Numbered from the stretch's first letter, positions 1 to 11,040 are shown. The stretch is DNA of 31,224 bases from Utricularia gibba (GCA_002189035.1 NEEC01000091.1:1-31224), one strand, 5' to 3'. Notes: a model not told the origin generated them from the sequence alone. Numbers and translations: made by a program.

Positions 1-740
1 ACTACGAATTAAGTCAAAAGTATGAATGATATGCTACGTGGTACACAATACCTTCCAATAATTGTATTGGTATATGTATTAGTAACTATATATTTGGTAT
101 AATCTTATACTCATGTCCCTAATTTTCTCTTATGAAAATTTAGACAACATTCATATGGTGCAAGAATGATTTCATAAAGCAATTATCTAAGGTCTTACAA
201 CAATATCATCAAAAAACTCCAATTCGTCAAAAATTCATCCAAGTTATATAAATATTGGAATCATAAAAATGTCACATGTATGTGTGGAGATATACGATCA
301 AGCAAATATGGTTGTTCGCGTGACAAAACGGCATAAACCAGGACAAGAAAGAAAGATTTTCCTAATGCAAGTAAAGGATGGTATATGCACATGTAGAGAG
401 TGACAAAATTTCAAGGTTCTATATTGACATGCTCAACAAGCTTGCAAGAAACTAAGAGTTGACTCACAATCCTTCATCAGTCCTCTATTTTCAATTGTGA
501 TGCATATTAATACGTATCAGACTCAATTTCAACCATTGCAGACAGAATTTTAATGAGCACCACCATTATTTTGAACTTGTGCATGATGTATCTCACAAAA
601 AACCAACCACGTCGCGTCGGAGAAGAAATACTAATTCCCAATGACAATGGATATAGAACGAAGAAAACGAGGTTTGAAAGATAATTAAGAAATTGCATTG
701 CCTATGCAAGACATATCATCAAGTCCACCTATCAACCACC
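1..740 (+). mobile_element. Degenerate MuDR/Mutator-like transposase remnant, C-terminal part (TTNxxES motif, SWIM zinc finger); continues past the left window edge
   Basis: 1-69 translates as TTN*VKSMNDMLRGTQYLPIIVL, resembling MuDR TTNxAESxNxxLxxARxLPI. 386-433 gives CTCRE*QNFKVLY*HA, a decayed SWIM CxC...(C)xH. Many in-frame stops; right boundary approximate. Confidence 0.8.
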
Positions 741-1273
741 GAACATTGATCGACGTCCACTGTTAATCTAATATCGAAACTATTTTTAGTCACCTCGATC
801 ATCTATCCAACTGTTACTTGAAAGTTGGAGTTATCAATCAAATGACGATGAAACATCTCGTTAGCCCATAGTTTGTCGTAATTTGATATTTAATAATTTA
901 TTTAATATTTTTCATCGAAAAAAATAAAATTATTGTATTATTGAAATTGTTTTAACTTTTTTTTGTTTTGATGAATTTTCAAAAATAAATATTTTATTAA
1001 TAAGGTTGATGAGGATTAATTAATTAATAACATGATGTAAAAAATTTATTGATATATAACCTCATTTGATATATATTAGTTAAATATACTACGGTGATAC
1101 TTGCAACTATGGAAATTTATACTAGGAAGCATACACCATATACACTACCATGGTTAATACATGCTTCAAACATACGAGGTACGACTGTCTTAAATAAAAT
1201 GTTCGGATGAGAAGGAGTGCCTTCTCCCGAGTCCAATTTCTGTAAAGGTGGTGGGTCTATTCTCAAAGTAATA

Positions 1274-1287
1274 CCCCCCCCCCCCCC
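1274..1287. repeat. Poly-C homopolymer (C14)
   Basis: Read directly from the sequence. Confidence 0.95.
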
Positions 1288-1536
1288 ACATTGTCATATT
1301 GATTTGATTCCACCGGACTACAACGACAATGTTCTGTGCAACGCTGCAAAAATCTTCCATATAAACATGCTTTTCAAAAATGAAGAAGAATATGTTATGA
1401 TAAAGAAGAAAAACATGAAATTTTGGAAAACAAAGAAAATAAAATTCTGGAAAACAAATAACATTACTTTTTGGGTATCATATTTTTCATAATAAAAATA
1501 ACTAATTTTTATTTATGAAGAATATAAATATAAATT

Positions 1537-1556
1537 TATATATATATATATATATA
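1537..1556. repeat. (TA)10 microsatellite
   Basis: Read directly from the sequence. Confidence 0.9.
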
Positions 1557-2685
1557 TTGATATTTCGAATTAATATTTTTATTCATACAAAAATTAAAAT
1601 TAATGAAAATGAATTGAAATTTCAATATTTTCATTATTTATTTTAAGTTTTTTATTTTTTTTTGAATTAATTTCAATTTTACAAAAACATACAATTTGTG
1701 TTGAATTGGAATCGAACTCTTAAACTATAGTTTGAAAAAACACAAAAATACCAATTAAGTTACAAACATTTCAATAATTATATAACACGGATGTGGATTA
1801 CAATGTTTACGACACGGGCATGGGTTAACCATAAACCGCATCCGTGTGTTATTTTAATATGTATTTGTGTAGCTTAATTTGGATTATTCTATTTTTTAAA
1901 TACTTAGGTTAAGAGTTTGATTTCAATTCTATACAAATGATATGTTTTTATAAATTGAAAGTAATTCAAAAAGAAAATTACAAATTTAAAATAATGAATC
2001 TTTAATTAATTTATATTCATTTTATAAATATTAATACAAAATCAAAATATCAATTATACATATATCAATTTGTATTGTGTTAATTATGTTACACAAATAA
2101 TTATACGTAATATAAATTTAAAATAAAAAAATCGATTCAAAATATTCCAAATAATTATATGATATATAATATAAATTTAAAATAAAATATACATTAGATC
2201 GAAATAAGATTTAAAGATCAAATATATATATAAATTTGAAATAAAAATAACATTTGATACAAATAATATATAAAAATTCAGTGCATAATATAAATTTAAA
2301 ATAAAAATAATATACAATCGGTTGGTGAAAATCCTTTTTTCTTTTGAAGTCATATTATTTTTTTTCGATTTTCAACTATATATCTATTTTATTCATTATA
2401 TACATATTTTATAAACATAATTTTATTTTATATTATAAGTGATTATGTTTACATTGATAAAGAATTAAAATACAATAATTTTAGTTATTGAAACGAATAA
2501 AAATTAAAAAAATAAAGTTAAATAATTTTTCACACAAAAACACACACTAGTTATATTTCTAAATTAATTTTTTGTCAAACAACATATTTTTGCTCCTGCG
2601 AGAGAGACCCTTCTGATCCAACGGGAACGGAAAGGTGGAATAAATGCGAGCCATAATCATTGCGACTCACGGGGAAACAGCGATC

Positions 2686-2805
2686 ATGGGCTTCTGAATA
2701 GGCCAGACGAAATTCCTCAGAAGCCCATTCACACGATATGGGCTTCATGGGCTTGATATTGCAACAACTATCAAGCCTGGAACTTCTACACCGGGAACCC
2801 TTAGC
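2686..2805 (+). promoter_or_regulatory. RPL23A proximal promoter: four site II (TGGGCY) motifs and a telo-box-like AACCCTTA
   Basis: TGGGCT at 2687-2692, 2739-2744 and 2748-2753; AGCCCA at 2722-2727; aacccttag near 2797-2805. Site II plus telo-box is the established architecture of plant ribosomal-protein promoters. Confidence 0.75.
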
Positions 2806-2819
2806 CGGCGGCAGTTCAG

Positions 2820-2920
2820 GTTCTAGCTTCTCACCTCAGATTTACAGCGGAGTTCGGCTGTTCAGATTGAATCTCATGGCTTGACTGGTCTTCTTCTTCT
2901 TTTTCTTAATCTTTTCGCAG
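2820..2920 (+). other. Probable 5' UTR (leader) intron of RPL23A
   Basis: Donor cag|GTtcta at 2820; long pyrimidine tract ending ttttcgcAG at 2920; 101 nt; lies just upstream of the ATG at 2964. Confidence 0.6.
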
Positions 2921-2963
2921 CTGAGAGCTTTTATCGAGAGTGTACAAACAACATCTGGTTACA

Positions 2964-3959
2964 ATGGCTCCTGCGAAAGGTAAATTGCATTTCCTCGCCT
3001 TAATCGGAACGATTAATCTTCTCCGATTTGTGTTTCTTAGCATTTAATCACTCCGAATTCCCGCTATTGCAGTACGATATGCTTTCTGTGCTCTCAAGAT
3101 TCGTTTTTTGTTATCTTTATCAATGGCGGTTTTATGCCGTAGTCCTGTTCTCATGATAACGAAGCTCCCTGAGGCCATTTCTTAGGATTTTACGTGTAGC
3201 ACCTTGGTATGCGCCTCTAGGGTTACATGATGCGAATAAGCATTATTATTTTTTTGAATATATTTTATAGCTGATACCACCAAGAAGTCAGATCCGAAAG
3301 CTCAGGCGTTGAAGGCAGCCAAGGCTGTGAAAGCTGGCTCAGCCACCTTAAAGAAGAAGGCAAAGAAGATACGCACGAGTGTTACATTTCACAGGCCAAA
3401 GACATTGAAGAAGGACAGGAATCCCAAGTATCCCCGGGTCAGCGCCCCATCACGCAACAAGCTTGACCAGTACCAAATTCTGAAATATCCTCTTACCACG
3501 GAGTCTGCTATGAAGAAAATTGAAGACAACAACACATTAGTCTTCATTGTGGATATCCGTGCTGATAAGAAGAAGATTAAGGACGCAGTCAAAAAAATGT
3601 ATGACATACAGACCAAGAAGGTTAACACTCTTATCAGGTACTACTCTTTATCTTGTCTGAAACTCTGTGCGAGGCGGCATTATTTGCTTCAGGGGTCGAG
3701 ACATACTTAATCACTATGCGCTGATGCCTTTTTTTTTTGGGATATGTATGCTTTGTTCTTTTACCTCTCAATGGCTTCTTGCCTCTCAACTTGTGGGTCG
3801 TGAATGAATTCTTTCAAGCATTCTAAATACGTTTAGTGTATGATTCCTTGGGCTCTGTTGTCTTCATCTTTCAGGCCGGATGGTACCAAGAAGGCTTATG
3901 TGAGGTTGACACCCGATTATGATGCTCTTGATGTTGCCAACAAGATTGGAATCATTTGA
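2964..3959 (+). CDS. RPL23A: 60S ribosomal protein L23a (uL23); exons 2964-2979, 3271-3637, 3875-3959
   Basis: Spliced translation [26 protein letters not shown]...[14 protein letters not shown]...[24 protein letters not shown]...[34 protein letters not shown]. Both introns are GT-AG (2980-3270, 3638-3874) and preserve the frame. Confidence 0.98.
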
Positions 3960-4609
3960 TATCCCTATCGTTCTATTCTTCCTCAGTAGAATGTTATCAG
4001 TGGCACTTGGATTTCTCGTGAATGCGAAACTGTTTTTGTTATGTTACGGATGCTTAAGAACGAGTTTGCACCGGGTATGTTGTGCCATTTTTCTTTGTAT
4101 TTGTGTCGGTATCAATCATGGGATTTTCCTTCCGTTCTCTCATTCATGGGGTTCGCCATGGTCGAGTATCCATCCATCTTTCGCAAACAAGTGATATCAA
4201 AATTCAGAAGAAAATTTTCGATGATGCGCCACATAAGAAAAAATATAATCGAGGCCAGAAGTTTTGAAATTAGGATAACTTATAGTTTTATTTATAATGT
4301 ATATTGCTTTAGCGAGGGAATGTATTATAGTAGTGTTGATGACATGTTATCAATGTCTCTATAATCATGGAAGTCATGTAATTTATCAAAATTGTTTTCT
4401 TTAATTACATTATCAATTGGTTGGATCTACTCAACAAAGAGATATAGCAAGAAACTTTGTGAATACCTTCGCAATACGTGGCGCATCCATTTACAAAAGA
4501 ACAGCCATTTTAACATGAAATGAGACATCAGCGAAAAAGGAGATAATTGTTGGAAATTAAGCTCTAGAATAGCGATGAACTCTAGCTTCTGTTTATGAAC
4601 TTGGAACGA

Positions 4610-5002
4610 TGTTGAATTAATATGCAAAATAAATGCAAGACACACGGATATTTAACTAGGTAAAATCGGAAATATCCTGGGCTCAGGTTCACCCAACGAA
4701 GACCAGCAATTCACTATGTTTAAACAGAATACAAGAGCTCGCAAACTATGTTACAGCAACAGCAATCACATACACCTACGCACTCAGGAAGAATGACTTC
4801 ACTCACCAGTGCACCAGAGATCAAGCTTCCTAATTCAGCCAAAGGAAACCTGCTATGCCCCTTCTTATTACAGACAGAACTGCCCCTCACTTCTGATGAG
4901 AACCCATACGGTTGCCTTATCATCCCCATCAACTGATCACATCATGGCTCCATAACAGTCCCACAACCCAGTATTTGAGCGTCAACTTTGCTGGGACCAA
5001 CA
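4610..5002 (-). mobile_element. Solo-LTR-like fragment, probably Ty1/Copia
   Basis: About 393 bp bounded by TGTTG (4610) and CAACA (5002). The - strand has features typical of Copia LTR 3' halves (catagtgaattgctgg ... gtgtcttgcatttattttgcatattaattcaaca). No matching 5-bp TSD, PBS or internal domain. Confidence 0.55.
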
Positions 5003-7879
5003 ACACTTCCAGGGTGTTGAAAGAAACTAACTGCATCTTGTGTATTCCTTCTACAAAAATTACATGTATCTGGAGAGTAATATGACACTACGTATTCCTT
5101 TTCTATATGTGGACTCCATGTTTTAAGCATGGCAACTCTTCCTTTCATTAGTTTTTTCCATCCATTTTGGGGAATAAAAACAGGAAAGAGACAATGAGAA
5201 TGCAATCGACAAAATATTTTAGGAAAAAAAACCATTATCAGCGAAGACCAATACTGGGTCAATGGTTTGATTACGTTTGTGTTGTATTAAGATGAATGTG
5301 GGCTTGTGGATGGATGCGTAGTTTCAAAAGATCCAGTGAAGCTTCTCTTATATTCTCCTTTTTTGAATGATTGAGCAAAAAAGAAGCATCTATGGGATGA
5401 TTCCAAAATTCAAAAGCTGATAGTGAGGCTGGTTTATTTGTTTTTTCTCGCTTCAAAAAAGTGAAACACATTTCAGTGTAGAAATATATTTTCTCAAGAG
5501 TTTTTATGATATATTTTAGGTCGGGTTGTTTTTTTGTTCACTCGTTGACTCATCTGTACAACAAGCCTTTATGTTTTGTCTTACTAGAAAAGTGTTATTG
5601 AAGAGTCAAAATATTCCAGAGAGGAAACGAATCCACTTTTGTTATCAACATTTCCTTCCTCAGAAGATAATTTTAGGCATTTGAAATGAAATCCAGAACC
5701 CTGTGCTGTCTGGATGTTCTTTCATCTGGGTTTTCTTTTGGAAATTTTTGTAAATTATGGATTTTTGACTGATGTTCAGTTTAGTGAGATGTTCTCTGAA
5801 TTCTACTGGTCGGTGAGAGGATCATAAAGTGGTTCACTTCAGGGATCACTAAGTTCTCTCTAAGGGCCTTCTTAAAAACACTTGAAAAATGAACACAACT
5901 GACAAGAAGACTTATTCTCTAGGCCACGTTTGTAGATTCTAGACTCCAGAAGATAGAGATGATTACTCCTCTTTGAGATAAACCAAAAATAAAAATGCCA
6001 TAATGTACCTTGAAATGTCTTCCTTGTTGAAAGTACACAACTGTTATAAACTTTTACTTGAGAAAAAAGAGTTCTTTTTCATGGTCTAAGTTGCTCTATT
6101 CCTTGGTATGTTTCTAAAGTTTCATTAATTGTCAGTTGTGTATCTCAGATTAAGTTTTTACTGATTAATCGTACCTCAGTGTGTGATTATACTAATTCAG
6201 AGACCGAGGAACAGTAGTGCTTATAGGATCATATGGAAGAAATTGTCGGCAGTACGGGATGGAAGCTCTTTAAGGAGTGATTTCATCCAGGAATCGAGCA
6301 TAGACTCAACATCCACAATGTTTAATTTGTTTTTGGTATTTTACAAATTCATGAGTTGAGAGTGGAGCTGACGCAAAGAGGTTCTGCTTCCGATGAGCAT
6401 CAGATGCGCCTTTCTGGATTCCCTTGTCATGTGTCGTAAGCATGCTTACTTCCTGCTGTCATGCTATTTAGATATATCCCTTGATTTGAAGTTTAGTGAA
6501 TTGGGAACAAAATTTTGCATTTCTTTGTGGGTTTGATAAGTGCTTTTTTGGCGAAGATATCAGATGAGTTGGAAGAAAGTCTGCTGTAGTTGTAACAGAT
6601 GGGACAAAAGAGGCCACTCCGGCACATGTGCAGGTATGTGTTTTAGGTGTGGAATAACCATGTGTAGTTTGTGCTACACCCAACACTCGTGCAGGTGCAC
6701 GTGTCCAAGTTATGCAGGTATCTTAGGAAAACATTAGCCATTTGGTGCACTTCTTTGTCTTGTAAATCGAACACCAAAAGTGAGAAAACGATAAAAACCA
6801 CAGCTACGTAACACGTTGTCCTAAAAGATTTTTTGATTTCCCAAAATTCGATAGACTCTTCCAGAATAACCATTTCGATTTCAAAAATCAGTCAAATGTA
6901 TATCGCCTAATCCTAATGGGGTCAAAACAAAGTGAGTCAAAATGTAAACTTGGCCCACACACACATAGGAGAGCCTATTGGTTTAGTTTTGCACCTCTTC
7001 CTATGCATGAGGTCCAATTCATTTTGAAGTACATCAAAACTAATAGGTTATGATTTTATATAAATTATTTAAAAATCATTTCAATTAGCAATTTGGTATA
7101 TTCACACTTTATCCGCTCAATTTATTTAAATGCCTATATCAGAAATTTTTTTTACTAAAATAATCGTAGTTTTATAATTATTATGAAACTATCTATTTTT
7201 ACTTATTTTTTTGTAAAAATACCTATTTTTTTTACATAAATTACTTATTATTAAAATATTTGTAGTTTAGTAAAATTGATTTATTTTACTTTATTTGTTG
7301 TTTTCACAAATTAGTTCTTATTTTATCTTATTTACATCATAGTTAATTATAATGGGTTATTTTATTAGATATTAAATGTATTTTCAATAAATAAATTTAT
7401 GTTTTAAATATAAATGTATTTATATTTAATAAATCCATAAATCCATTTGTACATTAAAGATATTGATTTTATGATTTTAGTATCGTTGGTTAATTAGATA
7501 ATAGAAAATAAAAAATAATCATGTGCTAAATTAAGAATTAATAAAAATTGAAATAAAATTATACCAACTTTTTATAATTATGTGGAGTTAGTTAGTCTTG
7601 TTAATATGACCATGTGAGAATAAAAAAATATCAAAATATTAGCTATTTTTTTATCATTTCATAACTATATGTAGTTTTTTCAAAATGAAGTCATGAAGGA
7701 TGCTTTTTCAAAATGAACCTCATTTACTATCATCTCATGCACAATCCTAAGGTGTATGGTAGACTTTGAAGATATGTTGATGGACTGGAAGGACCCTCGT
7801 GTGATGACCCTTGCCGAATTATGGCGTGGAGATGCAACTACGCCTTGCGTAAATGCATTTCTTCTTCTCACTCCTTAGC

Positions 7880-8960
7880 CTTTATGTTGCATTATCACCA
7901 TGAAACGACAAGAGGCTCCATCAATACCAAAGTTTACTTGAGACACACCCTAAGGAGGCATTAACCTCATTTTGACCTTAGATGGATTGATTAGGGATGT
8001 TCATGAGTAGAGTTCCATCCAATACCAATAGCAATAGAAATTTGTCAATCACATATCTCAAAAAATTTGATATACCTACATGTGTGGAAACACATGTAAC
8101 ACTAGAGGGAGTCTACTTATGTGGTCCTATATGATTCAAAACATATCTTCATTCTTCTCAAAAAGGCTCATATCAACTCCCAACTTCTGTAAGAACCAAA
8201 CCCAGTTGTATTTAATATTACTTCAGGTCAAGCCATATGTCTATGTGAAACATCATTGTTTGGAACTAGAGAGAGCAATGGTAATCAACAATTTTCTTTT
8301 CACCTTCATTGCATGAGTGTCATCAATGCAAATTAAAGGTTTATAATATTATTGGAGACTATCTTTGATTGCCTATAAAGTATATGTGAAAATGAACATT
8401 AGTAAAAATGATTCAAAATTAATTATCTATATTACAAATTTACAAATACATATCTTTTGGACAGATCTATACACATCTATGAAGATGATGGCAATGTATT
8501 TAGTGCTCCTCAGATTAAGACATGTGTATTTATTCGCAAATCTTCTAATATGAAAGAATTCGATAATATAATCTTTTTAATAGATCAACATACTTGTTCT
8601 CTTGCAAATCACATCTTATATTTTGAGATTTTGACTCCTAGTTCATCTTCAATTTTGCCTTTCAACTTTGCAATCTTCTTCTTAAGTGACTAGATCAATT
8701 TCCTCTTACATTTTGGATTGGTTTTGTGGCATAGAAAAGCACATCAAGAAGACACAAGCACTCTGATTGGGTTCTAAGAGTTCCCTCTATGAACTCATTA
8801 CGAAATTCTTCGGTTTCTTCATGTTTTTAGTGAAATATTTTCTAATATGTGAACATCATAGATTTTTCTGGATTGTTATTTAATTGCTTTCTTACATGCT
8901 TTGAAATAATCGTCTAAAAGTCATTTAATAACCAGTATGGAATGTCTACCAAATATGAAA
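7880..8960 (-). mobile_element. Degenerate MuDR/Mutator-like transposase remnant (N-terminal part to MULE DDE domain)
   Basis: The - strand gives ELGVKISKYKM*FARE (about 8600-8645; MuDR xLGVxISYxKAWRAK), KPLICIDDTH (8313-8342; RPxIxIDGTH with the first catalytic Asp) and YNWVWFLQKLG...II*D (about 8110-8210; NWxWFL...IISD). Stops and frameshifts throughout; boundaries approximate. Confidence 0.85.
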
Positions 8961-11027
8961 TGCTCACACTTAAGCAAGTGGGCTTTTGCCTAGTGAGCAA
9001 TAGTCAGCGGTCCATGTAAGGAAGAGTTGAATTGAAAGGGCCGCAAGTCAGGTTATATTAATTATAGAAAGCAATGTGGAATAATTTTATGAAATTAAAA
9101 ATATAAATCTTTAAGACACTAAAGATTATTATACTTAATTTTCAAATAATGAAAATGAATAATAATTTATTAGAAATTAACTATAATAAATAATGGAGAA
9201 CAATCTATATTTATTGTTTACTAGAGGCAGGATAGGAGGGGTGACAGCCAATCCCGGCATCTAAGCCCCCGCGCATTCCCTGCATCATCCAAGAAGTGGT
9301 AATTGGTAAAGCCACCCCCACACGTTGATGGAAGAGATTCCCCCCCGGCGTTTTATGTTTGTTTCGATGCACTGTGACAGTGGTTACTCTAGTTTCATTT
9401 ACAACCTCTACGTGAAATATTCCTCTACGAATCTTGGCATTGAACCAAAGGGGGGAGCCAGTGGTCCTCGCCTCTGCTCTGGTGTGCCTCTTTATTTTTA
9501 TTTATTTATTTTTTTTCCCAGGGCCAGTTGTCTCCTTAGGTTCCCCGGCGGTAAAAAGGTCGTTAACTCGTCGGGGACAACTCCTTAAATTTGAAACAGA
9601 TCTATGTGGGCATCGCTTCTCTTCTCTTCCTTTATTGAGATTATTTTAATATTTTTCTTTTTGTTTGTAATTTTAATTCTCTCTCTATATCGCATACCGT
9701 TGAGCAGAGCAGGTTGAGTGGGAGGGATAAAAAGGTAAATGTGCATGGTTTGACTTAGACCAGGAAAGTGCCGCGAAGAGTGGGAGGGGACCAATGTCTG
9801 TCTGTGGAGGACAGCAGGCGCAGCTCTGCTCGTATCCAATTCTGTTGATCGCGCAATAATAATTTGTTGGGATGAGATGTTCTCGCTGCATTGCCAAACT
9901 AAACTCATTTTGCAAAATAACTATACTTTTACATCGTAAATTTTTCTATTGATTTTCTAAGAAAAAAGTATGATAAATGTTATTTTTTATTTTTAGATTT
10001 TACTATAAATTTTAATGATTAAAAAATTTCAGATTATTTGGAAAATAAATAAAAAAATAATTTTCTTTACATACATAAATATAAAAAATCGTTTAAAAAT
10101 TTAAATAATATTAATTATATCATTGAAACAGATAATTTTTTTAACATCCCACAATTTGGATGTTTTTATAAAATTTATGAAAAATAAAAATATTTGTTAC
10201 ACAATAAAACATCTATATACTCTAAAACTTTTATATTTGTGTTTCAATTTTTGTAATAATAAAATCAAAAATTTATTTATTTTCATTTTGAATTTTCATT
10301 TCAATTGAAGAAAATTATTATTTCTAATATGTTATAGAAAAAAATAAGCTTTTGAAACTTTTTATGATTATGAAACAATTAGTAAGTTTCATAAATATTT
10401 TTATAATAAATAAAATGTAAATATTTTAAATTTATTATTATTTGTAAATTTTTTATGAGCTTAATAATTATTTTATTGGAATAAATTTTTTTAATAGAGA
10501 TTTAATTTTTATTTTGCATTTGAATGGTTTGTTAGTTTTAAAATATGGAAAACAAATTTACAAGAGAAATGATGTTCTACTTCTAATACGAATAATTTTT
10601 CAATCAATACTTTCACTTTCAAGGGTTAGCCGAACCTAGCGCTGCTATTTTGTCCTAGGGTTGGTTAATGAATAAAGAAAATGGACTGGCGACCAAACTC
10701 CTCCTTTTTATCACTTATGGTGCGGGTAATTTGGGGCACGCCAAAACGCTCATGCAAAAGTTGTCGACAAAGCATTGTCTTTGTGACGCATGACGACGTG
10801 GCATACTTTATTACTTTTCTAATTTAGAAATAGAATTTGTATCTCGTGCAATTATTAAAACAATAATGTTCAATTATATCCCTATGTTCAATCCAACCCG
10901 ATTCGGAGTATACGTGTTGGGTCGACCCGGAAACACTCAAGGGCAGGTAAGGTAATTAAAGGACGCGTAGACTCGCAGAAAATTAATTAGTTGGCCGACA
11001 AAGGAGTCCACCACTCTGAATTCTTGT

Positions 11028-11040
11028 CACGTGTATATAA
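11028..11040 (+). promoter_or_regulatory. G-box (CACGTG) directly abutting the TATA box of the 11280 gene
   Basis: cacgtg at 11028-11033 is followed immediately by tatataa at 11034-11040, then a C/T-rich leader. Confidence 0.65.

Noticed and set aside
3014-3023. taatcttctc in intron 1 is complementary to U6 snRNA GAGAAGAUUA
   Set aside because: Only 10 nt, with no upstream box C, and the implied target is not a U6 methylation site I know of; likely chance.
3309-3710. Track ORF of 133 aa taken as the whole RPL23A protein
   Set aside because: It is exon 2 read through into intron 2. The true start is at 2964 and the conserved C-terminus is in exon 3.
3680-3728. Resemblance of the intron 2 element to U24 snoRNA (tatttgct; cgctgatgc ending)
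   Set aside because: Only an 8-nt guide-like match; the second U24 guide (caccaccaagatc) and box C are missing, so it cannot be called U24.
3389-4364. ORFs 3389-3628 (-), 3919-4194, 4041-4364 and 4082-4267
   Set aside because: These are an antisense shadow of RPL23A and low-complexity 3' UTR/downstream frames with no recognisable motifs.
9760-9780. ggaaagtgccgc resembling the RNase P/MRP CR-I motif
   Set aside because: No matching CR-V motif, P4 pairing or Pol III USE/TATA promoter nearby.
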